Part shown: positions 10,421-21,022 of the stretch, one piece after another
Numbering within the stretch: the stretch's first letter is position 1
Layout of the letters: each line of letters begins with the position of its first letter
Made by a program: the position numbers and the translations under genes
Notes under the pieces: generated by a model
What the model saw: only the letters and a program-made list of their open reading frames with translations
Databases searched by the model: none
What the model was told of the DNA's origin: nothing
From: Pelagibacteraceae bacterium
GTDB taxonomy: Bacteria > Pseudomonadota > Alphaproteobacteria > HIMB59 > GCA-002718135
Direction: 5' to 3'
NCBI GenBank assembly: GCA_018657885.1
Contig: JABHWG010000082.1
Span: forward strand, 190-64,189
Length of the DNA: 64,000 nucleotides

Positions 10421-10977
10421 TTTATAAATAATAGTTTAGTTTTTCCGTAATTTTTTTCTTTAAAAACAGTTAGTTCTGTTGGAATAATCACCTTTTCTTC
10501 CCTTCCTGTTTCAATAATAATAATAGTGTTATTAATTTTTATTTTTCTTTCTATAATTTTTATTAAAATTAAATTAATATTTTCTTTTTTATATGGAGGG
10601 TCGATAAATATTATTGATGGTTTAACATTAAAAATGTGTTCTAATGCAGTTATCGCTTTGTTCAAAATAATTTCATATTCTTGATTTTTACAAATTTTCT
10701 TACAATTTTTTTCAAGAATTTTTGCAACACTATTATTACTTTCAATAAAATAAGACATACTCATACCTCTTGAAATTGCCTCTAGACCAATCAAGCCAGA
10801 CCCTGCAAAAATATCTATTATTGATTTATTTTTATATATTTCAATAGAGTGTTTAATTGAAAAACTTTCAATTATTGAAAATATCGCTTCTCTTTTAAGG
10901 GCAGAAGTAGGTCTTACAAGATTACTTGGCACATCCAATTTTGTTCTTTTGTATTTTCCACCAATTATATTAGGCAT
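10417..10977 (-). CDS. rsmD: 16S rRNA (guanine966-N2)-methyltransferase
   Basis: 186 aa with RPTSALKREAIFSII, DIFAGSGLIGLEAISRG and FIDPPY. Confidence 0.85.
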   Translation of the reverse strand: MPNIIGGKYKRTKLDVPSNLVRPTSALKREAIFSIIESFSIKHSIEIYKNKSIIDIFAGSGLIGLEAISRGMSMSYFIESNNSVAKILEKNCKKICKNQEYEIILNKAITALEHIFNVKPSIIFIDPPYKKENINLILIKIIERKIKINNTIIIIETGREEKVIIPTELTVFKEKNYGKTKLLFIN

Positions 10978-11671
10978 TTTTTACGACTTTAATTTCTTGT
11001 ATTTGTCCCTCTTTTAAATTTCCAAGCTTATACGGCCCATATTGAATCCTAATTAATTTAACAATCTGCCAAGAAAAATATTTACAAATATTTCTTATTT
11101 CTCGATTTTTACCTTCTCTAAGTTTTATAATCAACCATGTAAAATTATTATTTAATTTATCTATTTTTATTTTAACTTTCTCGTAGGTTGCATTATCAAT
11201 TTTTATTCCTTTATTTGTTTTATCTACATCTGCTCGTTTTATTTGTCCTCTTAAACACACTCTATATATTCTTTCATAACCTTTGCTTGGAAGTTCCAAA
11301 TTTCTTGAATAATCTCCATTATTTGTAAATAGAAGGAGCCCTTCACTCATAAAATCTAATCTACCAATGCTAATCATTCTTGGAAAAGTTTTTGGAATTA
11401 AATCAAATATTTTTTTTCTATTTTGCTCATCCTTTGTTGAGCAGATATATTTTATAGGTTTATATATTTTCCAGAGTCTTAAAGTATTATTTAGTTTTAT
11501 TATCTGTTTACCAATTGTAACTTTGTCATCTTCATTAACAGTATTACTTGGATGATCGCATAGTATATTGTTTATTTTTACAATCTTTTTTTCAATCAAT
11601 TTCTCCGCTTCTCTTCTAGAACAAAATCCTGCGTTAGCAATATATTTTGCTATCCTCATTTTATTTAGCAT
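10970..11671 (-). CDS. pseudouridine synthase, RsuA/RluB family
   Basis: 233 aa. N-terminal S4 domain (MRIAKYIANAGFCSRREAEKLI), catalytic GRLDFMSEGLLLFTNNG, and REGKNREIR. Confidence 0.85.
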   Translation of the reverse strand: MLNKMRIAKYIANAGFCSRREAEKLIEKKIVKINNILCDHPSNTVNEDDKVTIGKQIIKLNNTLRLWKIYKPIKYICSTKDEQNRKKIFDLIPKTFPRMISIGRLDFMSEGLLLFTNNGDYSRNLELPSKGYERIYRVCLRGQIKRADVDKTNKGIKIDNATYEKVKIKIDKLNNNFTWLIIKLREGKNREIRNICKYFSWQIVKLIRIQYGPYKLGNLKEGQIQEIKVVKNA

Positions 11672-12368
11672 GATCTACAAAATCTTTAATTATAGCCATG
11701 TCATCATTAGTTATTAAAAATTCAGGATGCCATTGTAAACCAAGACACCATCTATGATGAGTATGTTCTATTGCCTCAATTACTCCGTCAGCGGCTATTG
11801 CTGCTGATACAAAATTTTTACCTAAGTTATCTACTGACTGATGGTGTGCACTATTCACTTGTATGCTTTCTTTATTGATAATTGTGTGAAGCTTTGAATC
11901 TTTTTTTATAATTACTTCATGGCTAACTTGATCTCTTGGATTAGGTTGCTCATGCTCTATTTTAGTTTTAATTGAATGATTAATATCCTGAATTAGATCT
12001 CCACCACTAGCTACATTCATTAATTGCTCTCCCCCACATATGCCTAGAATTGGCTTTGATGTCTCAAGAAATTTATGAAATATATCTATTTCATAATTAG
12101 TTCTTTTATCTTTAATATTTCGGGAGCCGTTAGAGAATTTTGAGTATAATTGGGGATCTATATCAAAGTTTCCTCCTGTGATAACTAAACCATCTAGCGC
12201 TTCAATGAAGTAATTATTTAGCGAATTTTCATGAAATAAAGGAAAAGGTATGGCGCCAAACTTATGCAAACAAGTTAAATAATTTTCTCTTATAGCATAC
12301 CAGGGAAACTTAGAGTATCCACTGTTAATTTCAAAATCTAGAGTAATCCCTATGATTGGATTTTTCAT
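11661..12368 (-). CDS. gamma-glutamyl-GABA hydrolase-like class I glutamine amidotransferase (peptidase C26)
   Basis: 235 aa with ITGGNFDIDP, the nucleophile elbow GICGGEQLMNV, and GLQWHPE. Confidence 0.8.
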   Translation of the reverse strand: MKNPIIGITLDFEINSGYSKFPWYAIRENYLTCLHKFGAIPFPLFHENSLNNYFIEALDGLVITGGNFDIDPQLYSKFSNGSRNIKDKRTNYEIDIFHKFLETSKPILGICGGEQLMNVASGGDLIQDINHSIKTKIEHEQPNPRDQVSHEVIIKKDSKLHTIINKESIQVNSAHHQSVDNLGKNFVSAAIAADGVIEAIEHTHHRWCLGLQWHPEFLITNDDMAIIKDFVDHAK

Positions 12369-12404
12369 TAAATTATAATATAATTTTATTTAGATATTTA
12401 CTAT

Positions 12405-12857
12405 ATGAACATCAATTATTTTATGAATGAAGCAATTAAAGAGGCCAAATTAGCTTTTGACAATAATGAGGTGCCTGTTGGAGGAGTGTTAATAGATAAT
12501 AAAACTAATGAAATTATTGAAAGAAGTTATAATAAAATTAATGTAAAAAAAAATGCTATTTATCATTGTGAAATAGATTTAATTATTAATTCTTGTGAAA
12601 AGTTGTCACAAAAATATTTAAATGATACTGTGATGTTTGTTACTCTAGAACCATGTACAATGTGCGCATCTGCAATTAGTGAGGTCCATATAGATAAATT
12701 GTATTTTGGCGCTTATGATGAAAAAAATGGAGGTATTGAAGAAAGAAAAGTTATTTTAAAAAAACAACATACTTTTAATACTGAAATTTATGGCGGGATA
12801 ATGGAAAAAGAATGCAGAAGCTTATTAAAAAATTTTTTTAAAAAAATTAGAAAATGA
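12405..12857 (+). CDS. tadA: tRNA adenosine(34) deaminase
   Basis: 150 aa with the CDA zinc motifs HCEIDLI and TLEPCTMCASAI. Confidence 0.88.
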   Translation: MNINYFMNEAIKEAKLAFDNNEVPVGGVLIDNKTNEIIERSYNKINVKKNAIYHCEIDLIINSCEKLSQKYLNDTVMFVTLEPCTMCASAISEVHIDKLYFGAYDEKNGGIEERKVILKKQHTFNTEIYGGIMEKECRSLLKNFFKKIRK

Positions 12858-14185
12858 ATTTGAATCTTAATATACCCCAATACGGAGTTACTCAATTCAA
12901 TAGAGCTCTTAAAGATATGATTGAAGATCACTTTAGTTATGTAAGTATAAAAGGTGAAATATCAGAAATACGTATTGCAACAAAAGGGCAAATTTATCTT
13001 ACACTTAAAGATGAAACATCAATTTTGAGTGCTGTAGTATGGGAGCAAAAAACAAGATCACTGGCATTTGAGCCAGAAGTAGGAATGGAAGTAACTTTGA
13101 TTGGCAAGGTCACAACTTGGTCTAAGTTTAAAACAACTTATCAAATAGATGTAGATAAAATAGAGATTGCTGGAGAAGGGGCTCTATTAAAATTAATTGA
13201 GGAGAGAAAAAAAAGATTAGAAGAGAAAGGTTATTTTGAAGAGGTAAATAAGAAAAAAATTCCATATTTGCCATCAAGAATTGGGGTTATTACATCTCCA
13301 ACGGGTTCAGTAATACATGATATTATAAATAGAGTTTCAAATCGATTTAAAATACCTATTGATCTATGGCCAGTAGCTGTGCAAGGAGCAGAAGCAGCTA
13401 AAAATATTATTGGGGCAATAAATGGATTTAATGAAATGATAGATAATCAACCTGATGTAATTATTATTGCAAGAGGCGGTGGAAGTACCGAAGATCTAAT
13501 GGCTTTTAATGATGAGAAATTAGCTGAAGTTGTCAGCTTATCTAAAATTCCAATTATTTCAGCAGTTGGTCATGAAACAGATACAACTATAATAGATTTT
13601 GTGTCTGATTTAAGAGCTTCGACACCAACAGCCGCAGCAGAATTAGTTGTTCCTGTAAAAACTGAACTTATAAATATGATAAGTGGGCTTAGTCAAAGAA
13701 TGAGTTATGGTATAGGAAATATTTTCAAAGAAAATTCAGCAGATTTACAAAAGTTAATTTCTCTAATCAAAACACCAGAGCAAATAATAAATTCATATAA
13801 AGAGAGGTTAGGTTATATAAAAATTAGATTAAGGAGAGTTATTAATAATAATATAGAATTAGCATCTAAAGACTTATCAGCATTATTTGGAAATTTAAAA
13901 ATTCCATATGATTTGATCAAATTTCAAAACTCAAAGATTGAAAATTTAAGTAAGAATCTAAGTTCGATTATTGAGAGGGAATTATTTAATAAAAGGCAAA
14001 ATTATAAAAATTATTTAAGATTAATAGAAACAAATTCAATTCAATCAAATCTTAAAAAAGGTTATTCAATTTTATCTAAAGTTAATAAAATTATTAATAA
14101 CTCAAAACAAGTAAAAGAAAATGATGTTATTAGTGCAAGATTAATGGACAAGACTATAAAATTAAAAGTTAAAAAAATTAATTAA
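12854..14185 (+). CDS. xseA: exodeoxyribonuclease VII large subunit
   Basis: 443 aa. It has an N-terminal OB fold (VSIKGEISE....GQIYLTLKD), IGVITSPTGSVIHDI, ARGGGSTEDLMAFNDE and GHETDTTIIDFVSD. There is a 4-nt overlap with tadA. Confidence 0.9.
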   Translation: MNLNLNIPQYGVTQFNRALKDMIEDHFSYVSIKGEISEIRIATKGQIYLTLKDETSILSAVVWEQKTRSLAFEPEVGMEVTLIGKVTTWSKFKTTYQIDVDKIEIAGEGALLKLIEERKKRLEEKGYFEEVNKKKIPYLPSRIGVITSPTGSVIHDIINRVSNRFKIPIDLWPVAVQGAEAAKNIIGAINGFNEMIDNQPDVIIIARGGGSTEDLMAFNDEKLAEVVSLSKIPIISAVGHETDTTIIDFVSDLRASTPTAAAELVVPVKTELINMISGLSQRMSYGIGNIFKENSADLQKLISLIKTPEQIINSYKERLGYIKIRLRRVINNNIELASKDLSALFGNLKIPYDLIKFQNSKIENLSKNLSSIIERELFNKRQNYKNYLRLIETNSIQSNLKKGYSILSKVNKIINNSKQVKENDVISARLMDKTIKLKVKKIN

Positions 14186-15053
14186 ATCTTTTATGTTGCC
14201 AAAACCAGTTTTCTGGATTTTCTTTAATCCACTTTTCAATGATATTATTTATTTCTAGCATTTTTTCTTCATCACTAATTAAGTTATTATTATGCTCAAG
14301 AGGTTTTTCAAAAGTAATTTTAAATTTATTATTAGGTAAGCGTATATTTCTCATAGGAATTAATTGTAAATTATATTTTCTTGCAATCTTTAAAAACCCA
14401 ATTTGAGTTTTCACTTTATTTCCAAAAAAATCTATAAACACCCCGGCAGAGTCTTTTTGATCAACCAATAAAAAAATATTTTTATTATTATTAACTCCAT
14501 TAAGAATTTCTTTTGCACTAATTTTACCTTTTGGGGTATAAAAACTATATTTGGAATTTAATGCTTCATTTCTTTTTTTATAAATATATTTATCAAAAAA
14601 TTTATTATTAATATGCCTATATATTGCTCCAATATTAAAGCCCTTTTGATCTAATATTGGTACACATATTTCCCAATTACTAGCGTGTATACTAAAAAAA
14701 ATTACAGGCGCTGCTTTTTTTTTTATTTTTTCAAGAACTTCTAAGCCTTCAAACTCAATTAAATTTTTTTGATTAATTAATTTTTTTAAATAAGTTAATT
14801 CAAAAAGATTGTTTCCTAAATTCTTCCAACTATTGTTGATAATTTTAATAATTGCATCATCACTTAAATTTGGAAAAACAATTTTGCAGTTATTTTTTGC
14901 AATAATATGATATTTTGAAAATTTACCCAAAAACAACAAAAAATTCCTAATTATTTTAGAGGATAAGCTTTTTGAAAATAGATTTAATATTAATAAGATT
15001 ATTTTGAAAAGAAAAAACTCAATAAAATGTCGAATAAAAATTAATAATTTCAT
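14178..15053 (-). CDS. lipid A biosynthesis lauroyl/late acyltransferase family protein
   Basis: 291 aa with an N-terminal TM segment, an LpxL/HtrB-like layout, and a C-terminal ENPENWFWQHKRF. It sits in the lipid A cluster. Confidence 0.8.
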   Translation of the reverse strand: MKLLIFIRHFIEFFLFKIILLILNLFSKSLSSKIIRNFLLFLGKFSKYHIIAKNNCKIVFPNLSDDAIIKIINNSWKNLGNNLFELTYLKKLINQKNLIEFEGLEVLEKIKKKAAPVIFFSIHASNWEICVPILDQKGFNIGAIYRHINNKFFDKYIYKKRNEALNSKYSFYTPKGKISAKEILNGVNNNKNIFLLVDQKDSAGVFIDFFGNKVKTQIGFLKIARKYNLQLIPMRNIRLPNNKFKITFEKPLEHNNNLISDEEKMLEINNIIEKWIKENPENWFWQHKRFN

Positions 15054-16042
15054 TAATTATTTATTTTATTTTCGATTAAGTTACTTAATATTTCTAACAA
15101 TAATTTTTCATCATCAAGCTGAATGAAGCCATCAATTGTTCTTACTAATGATCTAAATGATTTAGGAATTCTAACAAAATCTTTTTTTGTTGTTACAAGT
15201 ATCGAATTATTTTTATTTGCTATTTCTGCTAAATATAAAAGATCATCTTCAGTATAAATATGATGATCAGAATAACTTCTCTTATCAACAATATTTGCCT
15301 TAACTAATTTTAGAGAGTTAAAAAATTTTTCAGGATAAGCAATACCAGCAAACGCAGTAATTTTCTGACCTTTTAGCATCAAATCATCTTCTTGAATTTT
15401 AAAATTTGCTTCAATTACAGGAATATGTTTTGGTATTTTGTTTTTTACAGTTTCTGCAATATCACCAATTGTTATGACTAAGTTTGTTCTAGATAACCCT
15501 CTGTGAATACTTTCTCTTAAAGGACCTGCTGGAATTACTCTCTTATTTCCAAAACCCTGGTCAGCATTAATGACAATTATTGAAAAATCTTTCTGAAGAG
15601 TGGGGTTTTGAAATCCATCATCCATTACAATACAATCTGCTCCATTTTCATTTGCCAATTCAAAGGATTTGTTTCTATCTAATCCAATCCAAGTTGGTGC
15701 TATCTCAGATAATAATAATGGCTCATCGCCAACACTTTTAGGAGAGTGCCAATCATTTACTAATGTATTATTTTTTTCTAACCCACCATACCCTTTTGAG
15801 ACAAAGTGTGGATTGTAGCCTGCTTGCTTGAGCATATTTCCTATTTTCAATGCTACTGGAGTTTTTCCAGCACCACCAATTACAATATTGCCAATACAAA
15901 TTATTGGTAATTTTGATTTTCTCTCTCTGCTAACTAAGTTTCTTAATTTTGTACCTAGTCTAAAAATAAGAGAAAAAGGATATAAAGAATTTGATAAAAA
16001 ACTATCTCTTTTTATATACCAAAATTTAGGTGCCTTAAGCAT
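15053..16042 (-). CDS. lpxK: tetraacyldisaccharide 4'-kinase
   Basis: 329 aa with the P-loop GNIVIGGAGKTP, then SKGYGG and DDGFQN. Confidence 0.9.
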   Translation of the reverse strand: MLKAPKFWYIKRDSFLSNSLYPFSLIFRLGTKLRNLVSRERKSKLPIICIGNIVIGGAGKTPVALKIGNMLKQAGYNPHFVSKGYGGLEKNNTLVNDWHSPKSVGDEPLLLSEIAPTWIGLDRNKSFELANENGADCIVMDDGFQNPTLQKDFSIIVINADQGFGNKRVIPAGPLRESIHRGLSRTNLVITIGDIAETVKNKIPKHIPVIEANFKIQEDDLMLKGQKITAFAGIAYPEKFFNSLKLVKANIVDKRSYSDHHIYTEDDLLYLAEIANKNNSILVTTKKDFVRIPKSFRSLVRTIDGFIQLDDEKLLLEILSNLIENKINN

Positions 16043-17267
16043 TGGGACTCAATTTTCTTTTTAACAAATTTAATAATTTTTCTTCTTCAAAAAAAACTTT
16101 ATCAGCAAAATTAAATGCATTATTTTTTAAATTTTTAATTAAATTTCTATTGTCCATTAATTGTAATATTTTCATTTTTAATTCTTTTGGTGTGCCTACT
16201 ATTATACAAGAATTTTTATCACTCATATCTTCGAATAAGTTTTGCCAATTAAATACATTAGGACCTGTTAAGATAGCACATTTTTCGACTGCAGCTTCAA
16301 TTGGATTATGGCCACCATTTTTTGTAAAAGATCCACCTAGAAACACTATATCACTTTTACTGTAAAATTCACTCATTTTGCCAAAACTATCAATTATTAA
16401 AAACTTATAGTCATTATTTTTTAAAGAACTTTCATACTTAGTATCCAGACTTTCAGATTTTAATAAATTATAAATTATTTTTGATCTTTTAGGATGTCTA
16501 GGTGAAATAAAAAATTTAGTTAGAGGATATTTTTCACTTATAATTTTTAATTGAGGAATAATTAATTCATCTTCTTTATCATGAGTGCTAGCAATCATTA
16601 TTGTAATATTTTCAGAAATTTCATAACTAGGCGTTGATATTTTCTTTTTTGTAAGTTTTAAATTTCCTAAATATTCTATATTTATATTAGTAAGTTTTTG
16701 GATTCTGTTAACATCATTTATGCTTTGAGCGTATATGCTACTAAAAGTTTGAACAATAAATTTATAGTATGAAGAAATATATTTCCATTTAATAAATGAT
16801 TTTGGTGAAACTCTTGCATTTAAATAAATTGATAAAATATTCTTTTCTTTTAATCTCACAATAGTATTTGGCCAAAGATCTGATTCAATCCATATTACTA
16901 ATTTAGGTTTCCAATTATTTAAGAAATTGTTTATCCAAAACAAAACATCAAAAGGTGCATATTGATGAATAATTTTTTCACCATAATTTTTTAAAGCATA
17001 ATCTGAAGCAGTTTTAGTAGTAGTTGTCACTAATATGCAATAATTTTTATAAAAATTATTTATTATAAAGTCACTAGATTTAAATTCACCTACACTTGCC
17101 GCGTGTATCCATATAACATCTTTTTTATTGGGCTTTTTTATATTTGTAAGCCCGAATCTTTCTTTATATCTATTTTTATCCTCTTTGTTTCTAAATACTC
17201 TCAAGTATGTATTGATCAGTATGAAAGGAATTAAAAGATATGAAATTATTGTATATAATTTATGCAT
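16035..17267 (-). CDS. waaA: 3-deoxy-D-manno-octulosonic acid (Kdo) transferase
   Basis: 410 aa with IWIHAASVGEF, WPN, and GGSF...GGHNPIEAA. Confidence 0.9.
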   Translation of the reverse strand: MHKLYTIISYLLIPFILINTYLRVFRNKEDKNRYKERFGLTNIKKPNKKDVIWIHAASVGEFKSSDFIINNFYKNYCILVTTTTKTASDYALKNYGEKIIHQYAPFDVLFWINNFLNNWKPKLVIWIESDLWPNTIVRLKEKNILSIYLNARVSPKSFIKWKYISSYYKFIVQTFSSIYAQSINDVNRIQKLTNINIEYLGNLKLTKKKISTPSYEISENITIMIASTHDKEDELIIPQLKIISEKYPLTKFFISPRHPKRSKIIYNLLKSESLDTKYESSLKNNDYKFLIIDSFGKMSEFYSKSDIVFLGGSFTKNGGHNPIEAAVEKCAILTGPNVFNWQNLFEDMSDKNSCIIVGTPKELKMKILQLMDNRNLIKNLKNNAFNFADKVFFEEEKLLNLLKRKLSPNA

Positions 17268-17931
17268 TAATTTCTTTTTTAGCTAAATCTACACAATTAT
17301 TTATTTTAATTTCTAATTTGTTTTTTAGTTCTTCAATTTCATTTTCAGTACAATTTTTTGGTATTGAAATAGACTCACCCCAAACAAATGCACATTTTGA
17401 AAATGGTTTAGTAATTAAAAAAGAATCCCATGACTTAAGTTGATTAAACTTAGATGAAGCATAGCCAACAGGTATTATTGGTACTTGAGTTGTTTTCGAG
17501 ATTTTTATTATACCATCGGACACTTTTTTATTTGGCCCCCTAGGCCCATCTGGAGTAATACCTATATAATTAGAATTTTTTAATAATTTAAAGATAGGTT
17601 TTAGTGAAATAGATTTTTCAGTTGAGAAAGTCTGAATGTTATTTAGTTTAAAATAATTTCCAACTATTGCTCCAAATCTTCCATCACTATGACCTGAAGC
17701 CAGAATATTAATTTTAGTATTGGATTTCCAGCAAAAGCTTATCATCATTAATTGACTGTGCCAAAAAGCTAATATGAATGGTTTATTATTATTCCAATAA
17801 TATTCTGGGTTATGAGTATTTTTTTCAACTATTACAGATGTTGCACTTACTAATTTTATATATAAAAAAGTTATAAATGCTAAAAAATGTTGAACAAAAA
17901 AATTTTTAATGATTTTTTTTTTAATTTTCAT
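17260..17931 (-). CDS. DUF374 / lysophospholipid acyltransferase-like protein
   Basis: 223 aa with an N-terminal TM segment, FWHSQLMM and ITPDGPRGP. The position between msbA and waaA is conserved in alphaproteobacteria. Confidence 0.7.
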   Translation of the reverse strand: MKIKKKIIKNFFVQHFLAFITFLYIKLVSATSVIVEKNTHNPEYYWNNNKPFILAFWHSQLMMISFCWKSNTKINILASGHSDGRFGAIVGNYFKLNNIQTFSTEKSISLKPIFKLLKNSNYIGITPDGPRGPNKKVSDGIIKISKTTQVPIIPVGYASSKFNQLKSWDSFLITKPFSKCAFVWGESISIPKNCTENEIEELKNKLEIKINNCVDLAKKEINA

Positions 17932-19672
17932 TCGATTTTTCTTGCAATTGTAATTTTTTATAAACTACAGAATTTTTTATTAAATATTCATGGTTGCCTT
18001 TACTTTCAACTTTACCATTTTCGATTGTGTAAATAACATCTGCATTTTGTATTGTGCTTAATCTATGAGCAATGATTATTGTCGTTTTATTCTTCATTAG
18101 CTCATCAAGTGCGGATTGTATTTCTCTTTCTGTTAGATTATCCAAGGATGATGTTGCTTCATCCATAATAAGTATAGGGGCATTTTTAACAAGGGCTCTG
18201 GCGATTGCTATACGTTGTCTTTGCCCACCTGATAATTTTATTCCACTTTCCCCAACTATAGTATCTAAATTACTTGATAGTTTATTTGCAAACTTACTTA
18301 CGCCTGACAAATTTGCTATTTCTTGAATTCTTTCATCGCTACAAGACATATCTCCATATCTAATATTATCTAAAATACTTTCATTAAATAAAAGTGTCTC
18401 TTGTGTAATTAGTGCTATGTTTTCTCTTAAATCAAAAAGAGACAATGATCTAATATCTTTTTGATCAATATTTATATCACCACTGTAATTGTCATAAAAT
18501 CTCAACAGTAAATTTATCAAGGTTGATTTTCCACTGCCTGATAAACCAACAAAAGCAGTTTTTTTACCTGACTCTATGGTTAGGTTTATATTATTGAGAA
18601 CATTATTTTTACCATAAGAAAAATTTATATTATTGTATTCAATATTCCCCTTTAATTTAATATTTTTTGGCTCTTCATGTTTTTCTGATTTATCAATTGA
18701 AGTATCTAGTAATAAGAAAATTCTTTCTGCACTAGCTAAACCTTCTTGAACACTAACATTTAAGTTTCCAAGTGCTTTAACGGGCTGATACGCTAAAAGT
18801 AGACTAACAAGAAAACTCATGAACTGACCAGTAGTCATATTTTCATTCAATACAAAAACACCTCCAGCGTATATAGAAACCGCAACTGCTAAACTTCCAA
18901 TAAATTCCATTAAGGGACTTAGTCTATTGCTTATGAAAGCCGATCTAATGAAAAATTTCTTTATGAAATTAATGTTTTTAAAAGCTCTTCTCTTTTCATA
19001 CTCCTCTCGATTATAAGCTTTAACCTGACGAATTCCCTTAATGCTTTCTGTTAATATATTAGAAAATTTGGCAATTTCATTTTGTATTTCATAAGTGATT
19101 TTTCTAATACTTTTTCCAATTTTTCTAATTGGCCATATAGCTAAGGGAAAAGCAAAAAATGCAAAAAGTGTAAGTGACCAACTTTGATAAAACATATTTC
19201 CTAATAAAAAAATAATTACTAAAATATCTTTTATGACAGCTGTTACAGATTTAACAATTGCTGCTCTCAAGTAATAAGTGTCATTAATAAGTCGAGAGAT
19301 CAAGTTTCCAGACTTTGAGTCATTAAAATATGTTAAGTTTAAATACATTAGCTTTTCAAACATTTGAGTTTGAAGTTTAGCTATTATAGAGTGTGCAACT
19401 TTACTCATTTGATAAGAATGAGTGTAAGTTGCAAGACCTTTACATAAAGTTACCAAAATGATTGCAATTGGAATTAGGAGTAACATATCTTTATTACCTT
19501 TAATTAAAACTTCATCTAAAGCAGGTCTGACTAACCATGCATGAAGCCCTGTAGCTCCAGCTGAAACAATCATCATTAATAATGCTATAAAAATTGTAAA
19601 TTTGTGGTTAATTAAATAATCAAAAATAAGGCGAATAATTGCAGATCTTTTTTTTTTATGGACTGAAGACAT
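17921..19672 (-). CDS. msbA: ABC transporter permease/ATPase, lipid A exporter type
   Basis: 583 aa: six-TM domain plus NBD, with Walker A GLSGSGKST, signature LSGGQRQR and Walker B ILIMDEATS. It sits in the lipid A cluster. Confidence 0.85.
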   Translation of the reverse strand: MSSVHKKKRSAIIRLIFDYLINHKFTIFIALLMMIVSAGATGLHAWLVRPALDEVLIKGNKDMLLLIPIAIILVTLCKGLATYTHSYQMSKVAHSIIAKLQTQMFEKLMYLNLTYFNDSKSGNLISRLINDTYYLRAAIVKSVTAVIKDILVIIFLLGNMFYQSWSLTLFAFFAFPLAIWPIRKIGKSIRKITYEIQNEIAKFSNILTESIKGIRQVKAYNREEYEKRRAFKNINFIKKFFIRSAFISNRLSPLMEFIGSLAVAVSIYAGGVFVLNENMTTGQFMSFLVSLLLAYQPVKALGNLNVSVQEGLASAERIFLLLDTSIDKSEKHEEPKNIKLKGNIEYNNINFSYGKNNVLNNINLTIESGKKTAFVGLSGSGKSTLINLLLRFYDNYSGDINIDQKDIRSLSLFDLRENIALITQETLLFNESILDNIRYGDMSCSDERIQEIANLSGVSKFANKLSSNLDTIVGESGIKLSGGQRQRIAIARALVKNAPILIMDEATSSLDNLTEREIQSALDELMKNKTTIIIAHRLSTIQNADVIYTIENGKVESKGNHEYLIKNSVVYKKLQLQEKSNEN

Positions 19673-20536
19673 TTAAAAAAACAATAAATATAAAAAAATT
19701 ACACCACCCAAAAAATTATTTTTTAGAAAATAATAACTTGAACTTTGGGCAGCGTCTGGTTTCCAATTATTTATAAACATGTTTATACCAATAAGTATAG
19801 CAATTATCACCCCTAAACTAGCTAGATTTTCTGATGATATCCAAGATAAATAACCAATTAAGCTTAACATACAAAAATAGCTAAATCTTACAAATAATTT
19901 ACCCTTTTTTCCTAAAAGTACAGCTGTCGATTTTACATTATTATTAATATCATCTTGTCTGTCTTGATAAGCATAAATGGTGTCGTAGCTTAATGTCCAA
20001 AAAATACAGGCAAGGTAAAGTAAGCAATAATCTAATTTTATTTTTCCAAATAACTCAGCAGAAGTAATCAATACGCCCCAACTGAAAACTAAGCCAAGAA
20101 CTAGTTGAGGCCAATATGTAATTCTTTTCATAAATGGATAAAGAATAATAATAGGAACACTTAATAATCCAATGATTATAGTCAATATTGAAAATTGAAT
20201 TAAAATAATGAAACTAAGCAGAAGTAAAACAAAAAGAAAAATTAGTGCACTTAAAATACTAATTTTTTTTGAAGCTAGAGGGCGATTTAAAGTACGTTTT
20301 ATTTGACTGTCAATTTTAATATCAATTAGATCATTAATAATACAGCCAGCACTTCTCATTAAAAATGATCCTAAAAAAAATAAAAAATATAAGTAAATTA
20401 AATTATAAAAAGATTTGCCTGAATAAGCTAGTCCAAACCAGCAAGGCCACATCAATAACATAAAACCTATGGGTTTATTGAATCTGATTAAATCAAGAAA
20501 ATAAAAAAATTTTTTTGGGATAAATGTATCCAACAT
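19673..20536 (-). CDS. ubiA: 4-hydroxybenzoate polyprenyltransferase
   Basis: 287 aa polytopic protein with NDLIDIKIDSQIKRTLNRPLAS and YAYQDRQDD (the two Asp-rich UbiA motifs). Confidence 0.88.
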   Translation of the reverse strand: MLDTFIPKKFFYFLDLIRFNKPIGFMLLMWPCWFGLAYSGKSFYNLIYLYFLFFLGSFLMRSAGCIINDLIDIKIDSQIKRTLNRPLASKKISILSALIFLFVLLLLSFIILIQFSILTIIIGLLSVPIIILYPFMKRITYWPQLVLGLVFSWGVLITSAELFGKIKLDYCLLYLACIFWTLSYDTIYAYQDRQDDINNNVKSTAVLLGKKGKLFVRFSYFCMLSLIGYLSWISSENLASLGVIIAILIGINMFINNWKPDAAQSSSYYFLKNNFLGGVIFLYLLFF

Positions 20537-20688
20537 AATAAAAGATTTGAGTGCCGATCTAATAAAAAAATCTGTTATAACAAAAACTTAATTTCTACTA
20601 TAATTATTTAACTAAAAGCATCTTTTTTATTTAAATTAGCAGTTTTTATTGTTTTTACAAAGTTAATTAATTAGCATAGAATAATCAA

Positions 20689-20895
20689 ATGAATGAAGAA
20701 AATTTAAATTTGGAGATTAGAAAATTTTTAAAAAAAGTAGGCATTTCCTCTCAGAGAGTTATAGAAAATTATATTATTAAAGCTGTAGAAGAAGGTAATT
20801 TAAAAAAAAAAGATGAAGTGGAAATTGAGATGAAAATGATTCTTAAGAATCAAAATATTGAGCATACAATTTCAGATAAAATAAAAATTGAATAA
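20689..20895 (+). CDS. small conserved hypothetical protein (68 aa)
   Basis: An isolated ORF in its own intergenic space. The N-terminus LNLEIRKFLKKVGISSQRVIE resembles a widespread small proteobacterial protein family (I recall DUF6494, unverified). Confidence 0.5.
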   Translation: MNEENLNLEIRKFLKKVGISSQRVIENYIIKAVEEGNLKKKDEVEIEMKMILKNQNIEHTISDKIKIE

Positions 20896-20909
20896 TTTTT
20901 TAAGAATTA

Positions 20910-21005
20910 ATGAAGTTTCCCCTTAAAGAAATAATTATTTTTTTAATATTAGCTATTTTAATATTCATTGGTCTGTCTGTTTTTTGGACTATTCTATCAA
21001 TATAA
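20910..21005 (+). CDS. possible 31-aa single-TM micro-ORF
   Basis: Hand-translated as MKFPLKEIIIFLILAILIFIGLSVFWTILSI*. It fills the gap after the 68-aa ORF. There is no homology support. Confidence 0.2.
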   Translation: MKFPLKEIIIFLILAILIFIGLSVFWTILSI

Positions 21006-21022
21006 TTTAATAATTTTTTATA

